From the IMG/VR virus record IMGVR_UViG_3300033172_000008: DNA of 32,882 nt, one strand, 5' to 3'. The position numbers and the translations under genes are program-made. Position 1 is the first letter of the stretch. Each line of letters starts with the position of its first letter. Source of the stretch: a virus. Below are positions 8,560 through 15,148 of this stretch, one piece after another. A model generated the notes under the pieces. The model was not told the DNA's origin. It worked only from the letters and a program-made list of their open reading frames with translations, and searched no databases.

Positions 8560-8570
8560 ATCCAGTCTCC

Positions 8571-9104
8571 TTAAATTAGGTTTTCTCTAAGCATGTCATG
8601 AGTCACAGCCGGTATATAGTCTTCCGTTGTCAATTTACACCAACCCAAGGCACTCAACCAATCCTTGTTAATCAATACAAATTTAGAGCTGAAGTAGTCC
8701 CCTCCACTATTGAACTCATATGTCTCACTTGATGGATTCTTTTCGGTAAGTATTTGATGCATAAGGTCTTTCATCTTCCATGTAGAATAAATTGCACAGG
8801 TCTTCATGATGTGGATAGTGACATCAGCCCTACTCTTCATAATGCCTGAACTCTTGCCATTCATTTCATATTCCACGCAGATGTAATTTGAATCTTCATA
8901 TTTGAATTCCCTCTTCAATTCCACTGACACAATAGGACTTACCCATCCTTCATCGTGCTTGTATTGCATGGCCCAATCATATCTGCTTCGTCTGTCCCCG
9001 TCCAGAATTGACCAACCAAAAATTTTAAACGCTTGTACCGTAAGCTTTTGGATTGCTTGACCCCTTGCAAAATCTTCTCCGAATGTCTTGAATAGGTTAG
9101 CCAT
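8571..9104 (-). CDS. Hypothetical protein, possible PD-(D/E)xK nuclease fold
   Basis: Start trimmed to the ATG at 9104, 2 nt after the sigma stop. D...E-x-K-like pattern (ILDGD ... VSVELKRE). The functional call is weak. Confidence 0.5.
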   Translation of the reverse strand: MANLFKTFGEDFARGQAIQKLTVQAFKIFGWSILDGDRRSRYDWAMQYKHDEGWVSPIVSVELKREFKYEDSNYICVEYEMNGKSSGIMKSRADVTIHIMKTCAIYSTWKMKDLMHQILTEKNPSSETYEFNSGGDYFSSKFVLINKDWLSALGWCKLTTEDYIPAVTHDMLRENLI

Positions 9105-9106
9105 GA

Positions 9107-9571
9107 TTAGTTGTTCCTTTCTATAAGCTCTTGAATGCCATAGTGTATTCGCGATTTCACGGTTCCAAGAGGCAAATCCAACATGGTGGCAATGTCCTGT
9201 AGGGAATAACCCTGAGACCAAGGCACTATGACGGCTCTCTTTTTCTCATCCAACTGTGCAACGAGCTTATTGTATATCATATAATTCTGTACATCTATTT
9301 CGTTGCCAGAATCCTCTTGAAATACTTCCGGTAAGGAAACCTCCACCCCCGCCTTTCGATTGATTCTGGCCCAGTTATTCTTCATTAAAATAAAGAGCCA
9401 ACCGAAGAACTTACCTCTCTCCGGTTGATATTGTGATTCATATTGCAAAGCCCTCAACACACACTCGCCAACCAAATCAGATGCATCCTCCGAGTTACCG
9501 TTGGTTATGTTCATTGCAATTTGGAGCAGTCGGTCATAGCCAACTTCAATTTCTTCTCGAAGGGTCATCAT
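9107..9571 (-). CDS. ECF-type (group IV) sigma-70 family sigma factor
   Basis: 154 aa with only a region-2-like N-domain and a region-4 HTH (YSLQDIATMLDLPLGTVKSRIHYG). Size and two-domain layout are typical of ECF sigmas. Confidence 0.8.
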   Translation of the reverse strand: MMTLREEIEVGYDRLLQIAMNITNGNSEDASDLVGECVLRALQYESQYQPERGKFFGWLFILMKNNWARINRKAGVEVSLPEVFQEDSGNEIDVQNYMIYNKLVAQLDEKKRAVIVPWSQGYSLQDIATMLDLPLGTVKSRIHYGIQELIERNN

Positions 9572-9573
9572 GA

Positions 9574-10266
9574 TTAGACCTCCTCAGGGGTTTCCACAAA
9601 GTTAATGTGGGAGTAACGCTGTTTCAACCACTCTTCATATGGAGTCATTTCGGGGTGATTGTATCTAACGGAATATTCGACCATCATCTGTGTGAGTTCT
9701 TCCTGCATACGGTCAATTTTGTCACATATAACCTTACGAGCATCAGCATCATGTTGAGCCTGTAGGAGTAGTAGGTCTAATTTACTCTGTAGAGATGTGG
9801 TCTCTTCTTTAATGTCCTTGAAGATTTTATCCATTCCATCTTCATCTTCTTCTAAAGAGGACAACATATCCAAGGTGGTTACTACTTTGGTCCAATCCTC
9901 ATTGAGCATGAGGAGGTAAAGATAAATCAACTGGGTTCTGTGGGCCGCAATGGTTCTACGCCCTATTGAGTTGTTGTACATAGTTTCAAATAAACCTAAA
10001 TCGGACAGAGTAATAAGGCCATTATCTACCATTACACCATTACCAACCAACTTAACATTTAATTCTTCGGAATTAAGGAAGGCATTTACCAGCATCAGGG
10101 TGTTCTCTTGCTCTAACCGGGTAAGCAATGCATCTTCGAGTTCATCCACCAACGCAATGGTCTCAAACTCAATGTCAATTCTGTCTGTCTTTTCCATAGG
10201 TGTTACTCCATTTTCTGTTTTGTGTTCACTGTTAAAGGTTTCTTGTTCCATCATCTGCTTCTTCAT
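9574..10266 (-). CDS. Acidic hypothetical protein, first gene of the leftward operon
   Basis: 230 aa, strongly Asp/Glu-rich. RBS AAAGGAG. Its stop lies 2 nt before the sigma start. Confidence 0.65.
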   Translation of the reverse strand: MKKQMMEQETFNSEHKTENGVTPMEKTDRIDIEFETIALVDELEDALLTRLEQENTLMLVNAFLNSEELNVKLVGNGVMVDNGLITLSDLGLFETMYNNSIGRRTIAAHRTQLIYLYLLMLNEDWTKVVTTLDMLSSLEEDEDGMDKIFKDIKEETTSLQSKLDLLLLQAQHDADARKVICDKIDRMQEELTQMMVEYSVRYNHPEMTPYEEWLKQRYSHINFVETPEEV

Positions 10267-10518
10267 AATCAGGCTCCTTTGGGTTAATATTTCTCGGTCA
10301 CATATATCTATATCATTTCAAAACTTTTTGGTGACGATTTCGGGGTCTCTTCTTCAAACCAGTTTCAACATTTTCGTCTCTCTATACTCTATATCAAAAT
10401 TTGAACGAGGGGTGCCATATTTGAGGTGTCCTACTTAAACAACAAACGAAACAGAGAAAATGTTTATGTCCCCACACCTATATAACAAGGTAGTAGGGGT
10501 GAAATATTCCGGGGTAAT

Positions 10519-10538
10519 TTAGACCTCTGTGAACCTTG
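10519..10538 (+). repeat. 20-mer TTAGACCTCTGTGAACCTTG, copy 1
   Basis: Identical to 10658-10677. Followed by a second CTGTGAACC at 10542-10550. Confidence 0.9.
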
Positions 10539-10657
10539 TATCTGTGAACCCATCTACTTCAAACCGGGTGGAGTGAAGCAATGTGGTCACAATCTGAAGA
10601 GACCTCGGAACCCTCGGAGATGTGCAACAAATAGTAGTCTATATATGTGGCATCAAA

Positions 10658-10677
10658 TTAGACCTCTGTGAACCTTG
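10658..10677 (+). repeat. 20-mer TTAGACCTCTGTGAACCTTG, copy 2
   Basis: Identical to 10519-10538. Confidence 0.9.
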
Positions 10678-10716
10678 GGGGAGATGCAAGAGAAATAGGG
10701 TCAAATTTCTTACCGC

Positions 10717-10732
10717 TGTGAAAAGATTCACA
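10717..10732. promoter_or_regulatory. CRP/FNR-type palindrome TGTGA-N6-TCACA
   Basis: TGTGAAAAGATTCACA, a perfect match to both half-sites. Confidence 0.5.
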
Positions 10733-10868
10733 AGGAAAATCAAACACTTGTTTGAAAGTTCGTTTCATAAGAATGAGGTGTAATTTGTAAGTTGTTGGGG
10801 CCGTATATAACTATAATTTGAAACCTCGACATATAGTATTATTAAGCTACTACACAGAGATTGAGTGT

Positions 10869-10884
10869 TGTGAAACAATTCACA
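10869..10884. promoter_or_regulatory. CRP/FNR-type palindrome TGTGA-N6-TCACA
   Basis: TGTGAAACAATTCACA, a perfect match to both half-sites. Confidence 0.5.
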
Positions 10885-11434
10885 GAGTTTACCCCCATTT
10901 GTATTGACATAGGTGAATCAATAATAGGACAAATTAGACCGAGCTGGCCCTATCTGGCTCTTGATTATAACGCCTTTAGGCGTTGAGAACCCTATGGTCT
11001 TTTGCGACCGAAGGGAGCCCTCTTCATAGGAGGTTCACATAGAGTAAATTACACCTCACTTGCCTTCGCCTACGGCTCGGCTGGAAATAGGGTAAAGTTA
11101 TATTAAACATATAACATTTGGGGTCTGGAATCCACTCATTCTTCTTCATAGGGTAATGGGAGGGGAAACCCCCATAGGGTCAGTTTCATGACCTTTCAAT
11201 GTTGTATTTACATTCATTACATTTTCATCTTCATTACTCCATTCTATCTTCATCTTGATTTATGGGAGACCCCGAAAGGGATTCTTGGTGGAGGTGCCGT
11301 ATTAACACTATACTTAAATGTATTTAAGGGTATTAGTATATATTCGGGGTGTGGAAGTTGTTGGTACCTATGGAGAAAAAAGAGGTGACCATAGACTAAT
11401 GACCTATGTGAAATTTGCATACTGGTCAAGTTGG

Positions 11435-11452
11435 TGTTGTCAGATAGTATAT
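11435..11452 (+). repeat. 18-mer TGTTGTCAGATAGTATAT (copy A)
   Basis: 17/18 identical to 11480-11497. A third TGTTGTCA lies at 11527-11534. Spacing is 45-47 bp. Confidence 0.85.
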
Positions 11453-11479
11453 GCCCTATAGATTGTCACGCAATGTGAG

Positions 11480-11497
11480 TGTTGTCAAATAGTATAT
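11480..11497 (+). repeat. 18-mer TGTTGTCAAATAGTATAT (copy B)
   Basis: 17/18 identical to 11435-11452. TTGTCA-N17-GATTAT is a possible sigma70-like promoter. Confidence 0.85.
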
Positions 11498-11516
11498 AGG
11501 GGTAGATTATTACACA

Positions 11517-11547
11517 ATGAACTTTTTGTTGTCATCTGGTCTATTAT
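11517..11547 (+). promoter_or_regulatory. Promoter-like element ATGAACT-N18-TATTAT upstream of the rightward operon
   Basis: ATGAACT ttttgttgtcatctggtc TATTAT. The -10 ends 24 nt before the ATG at 11572. Confidence 0.55.
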
Positions 11548-11571
11548 AGGGTGTAAACAGAAAGGTGTCCT

Positions 11572-11970
11572 ATGAAATATGAAATTCACTCTGATGATGT
11601 ACTCCGGACTTTGGCTCACAAAATGGTCTCCGAATTAACCGAGATGTCCTATTCCATAAACTACATTCGGAAGTTGATGACGTGGGGTGGTCTAATTTAC
11701 GCCACAGAACTTTTAGGTGATGACAGACTGGGTGAATTCAAGGAGGTGTGGTTCCAATTCCTGAATCGTTGGACGGATGAATACCACATAGATATATACT
11801 GTAGGCTGAAGAAACTTGGCAGGGTCCGCTCCTACTCGGATGCAAGTGACTACTTCGATTTCCTGCCTAATTTTGACCAAGCATTGTTTGCCCTATCGGA
11901 GCTAATTCAAGGGGAGACTTCGTTTTGCAGGTGGAGGAATAGCCTACTTGACAATAGAAAGAAAAAGTAG
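11572..11970 (+). CDS. Hypothetical protein (first rightward gene)
   Basis: 132-aa ORF with RBS AAAGG. No motif recognised. Confidence 0.6.
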   Translation: MKYEIHSDDVLRTLAHKMVSELTEMSYSINYIRKLMTWGGLIYATELLGDDRLGEFKEVWFQFLNRWTDEYHIDIYCRLKKLGRVRSYSDASDYFDFLPNFDQALFALSELIQGETSFCRWRNSLLDNRKKK

Positions 11971-11986
11971 TATAGTCTCCCTGTCC

Positions 11987-12039
11987 AAATCGTCATGGGA
12001 GACCCTCGATTTTGATATAGAGAATAGTAACCGAGATTT
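11987..12039 (+). repeat. 53-bp upstream element R1 (50/53 identical to R2)
   Basis: AAATCGTCATGGGAGACCCTCGATTTTGATATAGAG... It ends exactly 26 nt before the ATG at 12066. Confidence 0.9.
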
Positions 12040-12065
12040 TTTAAACTGAAACGAAAGGATTCAAT

Positions 12066-12542
12066 ATGCTTAAGTACCAAACCATCAACTATGCAGACCT
12101 CATTCGAGAAATGAGGGAGAATGGCTGCTCCATGGCCGAGGTAGGATTTTTCATATCCCTTACCTTTCATCCGGCACCACACAGTTGTAAATTCAAATGG
12201 AGTAATGCTAAGATTAAAGCCGCCTACGGTGTAAGTGATTCAGCCTATATATGGAGGTTGAAGAAATCCCTATTGGAGAAGGGTTACTTGGTTGACTTGG
12301 GTGAGGGAGAATACAAGATTGACCGAGTAACTTTCTTCTCTGGGAATGCCACTCAGGAAGATGAAGAAGACCTGACCGTGATTGAATCTACCCGTAAGAC
12401 TTATGTCGTCCCCAAGGAGAAGGTTGAAATTAAACCTAAAGAAGAACCTAAACCAGCAGAACCCAAGCTGTCCGGTAAGGATGAATTCAATCGAATGCTC
12501 ACCGATATGGGACTGGGTAATACCAGTCTGATACAGAAGTAG
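12066..12542 (+). CDS. Hypothetical protein, possible winged-helix DNA-binding / replication-organiser-like
   Basis: 158 aa. The N-terminal ~90 aa look wHTH-like, followed by a Lys/Glu/Pro-rich linker. The functional call is weak. Confidence 0.55.
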   Translation: MLKYQTINYADLIREMRENGCSMAEVGFFISLTFHPAPHSCKFKWSNAKIKAAYGVSDSAYIWRLKKSLLEKGYLVDLGEGEYKIDRVTFFSGNATQEDEEDLTVIESTRKTYVVPKEKVEIKPKEEPKPAEPKLSGKDEFNRMLTDMGLGNTSLIQK

Positions 12543-12544
12543 TG

Positions 12545-12597
12545 AAATCGTCATGGGAGACCCTCGATTTTGATATAGAGTATTGTGACCGAGATTT
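12545..12597 (+). repeat. 53-bp upstream element R2
   Basis: The first 36 nt are identical to R1. It ends exactly 26 nt before the ATG at 12624. Confidence 0.9.
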
Positions 12598-12623
12598 GAA
12601 ACCAAAACCAAAGGAGTTTGATT

Positions 12624-12977
12624 ATGGAAACAACAAAATGGATGACCAGCGACGGCGAAGAACCCAGATACCACAGTGTGACCCGACCCATGGTGGAAGA
12701 GGTCGTGCAAAGACAACAAAATGAGTATGATATGGAAGGCATGATGTCCTGCCAAGAGATGACCGACACAATCATCCAACTCTTAGACCCTGACAATGTG
12801 TCCCGTGAGTTGTTAAGTGAAACCATAATGTATGGACTGGCAGTAGATAATGTAGCAAGATTTAACCCTATACCTGAATCTATTAATCTTATGCTCGAAA
12901 TTATTGAACTAATCATCAGTGATGTAGATGATGTTACATCCTTTTATTGCCTCAAAATCGAAAGTGAAAGTGAGTAA
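12624..12977 (+). CDS. Acidic hypothetical protein
   Basis: 117 aa from the ATG at 12624, with AAGGAG 7 nt upstream (the track starts at a TTG at 12618). Asp/Glu-rich. Confidence 0.6.
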   Translation: METTKWMTSDGEEPRYHSVTRPMVEEVVQRQQNEYDMEGMMSCQEMTDTIIQLLDPDNVSRELLSETIMYGLAVDNVARFNPIPESINLMLEIIELIISDVDDVTSFYCLKIESESE

Positions 12978-12980
12978 GAC

Positions 12981-13706
12981 ATGGCCACACTGTACGACAT
13001 TCATTCACCCGAGATGCAAGAACACCAAAGCCGCATCAAACACGCCGCCCACCTCACCGGGCCAGACTTCGACGCAGTAAGAAATCAATGTCCTAATTGT
13101 CATGGGACCTATCGAGTTATGATGGAAGATACAGAAGGTAATCCACTCGTGCGAGTTTGCGTATGTAAATTTTGGGTCATCCGCTTGAACTTCTATGGCC
13201 ACTACTGGGCCGGAACAGGTTCGATTGACTACAGTAGGCTGATTAAAATACCCCCCACCCCTAAGTCTCCGTATGTGATGTATGCCTGTGACAATCTCAC
13301 CTATGGTGATGGTTACAGTATAATCATGCACGGCATTGAGATGGGTATTTTCCAGCCGTTTATCAGAAGAAATAATAGGGCCTATCCGATTATACAGGAA
13401 CTCGCCATCAATGAAATTATCAGTGCCTACAAAGAGTCTGACTACACCATTGCACCATTCGTTTCTCCTTTGGGCGAAATTAGACGACTGTTCTTCTACA
13501 ATGGATTGAGTTTGAAGATTAAATCCGAGGCACATGGAGAATTGTGTGACCAAGCGTTGAGTGCTTGCCTTAAGCATCTCGTAGATAGTGACATCCCATC
13601 TTACTTGTATGCCGTTGTTAATCAATCAGATACAAGGTATTTTCCCCTCACCTTGCACCGTTTGTCTCAGGTCGGGGAAATTCACCTCGTTGAGAAATCA
13701 CACTAA
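12981..13706 (+). CDS. Hypothetical protein with N-terminal 4-Cys zinc ribbon
   Basis: 241 aa with CPNCHG...CVC near the N-terminus. No intact Walker A seen. Confidence 0.6.
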   Translation: MATLYDIHSPEMQEHQSRIKHAAHLTGPDFDAVRNQCPNCHGTYRVMMEDTEGNPLVRVCVCKFWVIRLNFYGHYWAGTGSIDYSRLIKIPPTPKSPYVMYACDNLTYGDGYSIIMHGIEMGIFQPFIRRNNRAYPIIQELAINEIISAYKESDYTIAPFVSPLGEIRRLFFYNGLSLKIKSEAHGELCDQALSACLKHLVDSDIPSYLYAVVNQSDTRYFPLTLHRLSQVGEIHLVEKSH

Positions 13707-13719
13707 AGGAATGGTGATT

Positions 13720-13938
13720 ATGTTGTACAAAGAAACATCTGAAAATGGCATGAGTAAAATACAGTTCAATTTGTCCATGTATTTGCCTGACCCTATTCGG
13801 CTTGGGCTGATAGATGGGGACGTTGAAGCTCGGGTTCACTTTCACAGGGTCGGGGCTAATGTCCACGCCCTGTTGGATTTGGCTCTCGAACAAATTGAGA
13901 GTAATACAATTGTTCCTATCGAAGACACCATGGATTAA
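13720..13938 (+). CDS. Hypothetical protein
   Basis: 72 aa from the ATG at 13720, with AAAGGA 9 nt upstream. The longer track ORF overlaps the preceding gene. Confidence 0.5.
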   Translation: MLYKETSENGMSKIQFNLSMYLPDPIRLGLIDGDVEARVHFHRVGANVHALLDLALEQIESNTIVPIEDTMD

Positions 13939-13943
13939 GGGAG

Positions 13944-14252
13944 ATGGTTATGATTGATAAATTAGACCCCCAGACTTGGGCCGAGAACGCAGTGCAGGTT
14001 ATAGCTTTGAGTATAAAGCAAGGCATGGATAAGAAAGGATTAACGGGTCACATTGAGTTATACATCAACACCACACTGGCTGAAGAAGCTGGATTGAAAA
14101 TAGGACATGTTATTGGTGGATACCCTATTACGAGAATTGAGAGAGATTGTCAGACAGAAATTCGTCGGTTGTGGGTGGCCGGATATTGCATTGCAAGTGA
14201 TGGACAACCCTATGGATTAGCCTTTGCAAATGAACATTGTTGGGGGGAGTAG
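13944..14252 (+). CDS. Hypothetical protein
   Basis: 102 aa. The GGGAG RBS favours either the ATG at 13944 or the one at 13950. Confidence 0.6.
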   Translation: MVMIDKLDPQTWAENAVQVIALSIKQGMDKKGLTGHIELYINTTLAEEAGLKIGHVIGGYPITRIERDCQTEIRRLWVAGYCIASDGQPYGLAFANEHCWGE

Positions 14253-14254
14253 GT

Positions 14255-14464
14255 ATGAAAATTAGACCTTACTTTGCTACAGAAAATACATTGAGAGAGT
14301 TAGTTGGTCAGGTTAATTTGACCAACCAACTCCTCAATGAAATAAGGCAGATGTTAGCAGATAAGAAAACACAAATTACACCTGAACAATTAATACAACA
14401 GCACGGGCTATGGGCTAAACAACGTGTGTTCACGACAGAATTAACCTCTTGGGAAAGGGAGTAA
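14255..14464 (+). CDS. Hypothetical protein
   Basis: 69 aa from the ATG at 14255, preceded by GGGGGAG. Confidence 0.55.
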   Translation: MKIRPYFATENTLRELVGQVNLTNQLLNEIRQMLADKKTQITPEQLIQQHGLWAKQRVFTTELTSWERE

Positions 14465-14467
14465 CCC

Positions 14468-15004
14468 ATGTTATATGTAATCACACCTGTGTCTCGACCC
14501 AACAATCTACTTAAGATTGCCGCGAGTGTACCTGAAGAGGTTAAGTGGTGCATCGTGTATGATGTTGGTATTAATGAAAATCCATTCATTGATGAAGAAT
14601 ATGCTGATTATATTTATAGAGCCGATAAAAAAAGTAGTTGGGGACACACCTGTCGCAACTACGCATTGGACCATTTACCCCTACAAGACGGAGATTGGCT
14701 TTATTATCTGGACGATGACAATATCTTTCATCCTGAATTGTTGAACATTAAGTTGGAAAATGAATATTCCTTTATTGCTATGTTGCAATCCTATCAGGGT
14801 AAGGTTCGCTTTCCCACTGTCGAAATTAAAAAAGGTAGATTAGATATGGGTGCATGTCTGTACAACTGGAAGTGGTGCAAGGATGAGCGTTGGACTGCGG
14901 AGTATGAACAAGACTTCAACTACACCAGTAGATGTTTACAACATGCCCCAGCTAAATCGTTGCCTATTGTAGCAAGCTACTACAATGCACTCAGATGGGA
15001 GTAA
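14468..15004 (+). CDS. GT-A-fold glycosyltransferase-like protein
   Basis: 178 aa. N-terminal beta-strand start (MLYVITPVSRP) and a DxD-type motif (YYLDDDN), typical of small GT-A enzymes. Confidence 0.5.
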   Translation: MLYVITPVSRPNNLLKIAASVPEEVKWCIVYDVGINENPFIDEEYADYIYRADKKSSWGHTCRNYALDHLPLQDGDWLYYLDDDNIFHPELLNIKLENEYSFIAMLQSYQGKVRFPTVEIKKGRLDMGACLYNWKWCKDERWTAEYEQDFNYTSRCLQHAPAKSLPIVASYYNALRWE

Positions 15005-15008
15005 GAGT

Positions 15009-15125
15009 ATGGCAGTAGTTAAAGAAATGGTAATCAAGGTCACGGTCAAACTTCCGTGGCAAGTGTATGCGGATGTGAGTGGAATAGTCGAAAGTTTAAT
15101 TTGGATTCTAATTTCAATTTTGTAA
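15009..15125 (+). CDS. Possible 38-aa peptide with hydrophobic C-terminus
   Basis: Hand-translated as MAVVKEMVIKVTVKLPWQVYADVSGIVESLIWILISIL. GGGAG lies 7 nt upstream. Confidence 0.3.
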   Translation: MAVVKEMVIKVTVKLPWQVYADVSGIVESLIWILISIL

Positions 15126-15148
15126 AGAATTAACCGACTGGGAAAATT

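Larger units (their letters stand above)
10267..11571. promoter_or_regulatory. 1.3-kb non-coding divergent control region (promoters/operators, possible origin)
   Basis: No credible ORF on either strand. Dense in repeated words, palindromes and AT-rich TATA-like boxes. It sits between the divergent gene blocks. Confidence 0.8.

Noticed and set aside
9105-9221. Long form of 8571-9221 overlapping the sigma gene, and likewise the long forms 22726-23172, 18756-19328, 29192-29896 and 31133-31873
   Set aside because: Internal ATGs with proper RBS spacing lie just after the upstream stop codons. The extensions overlap the neighbouring genes.
10581-10634. 17-aa acidic micro-ORF (MWSQSEETSEPSEMCNK) with a GGTGGAG RBS in the control region
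   Set aside because: It is too short to support without conservation or ribosome-profiling data, so I note it only as a possibility.
11188-11388. 66-aa ORF in the control region
   Set aside because: No RBS, implausible Cys/Tyr/Ile-rich low-complexity sequence, and it overlaps repeat elements.
12270-12916. Minus-strand ORFs 12270-12779 and 12551-12916, and 13005-13625
   Set aside because: They are antisense to a tightly packed, RBS-supported plus-strand gene series and have no start context.
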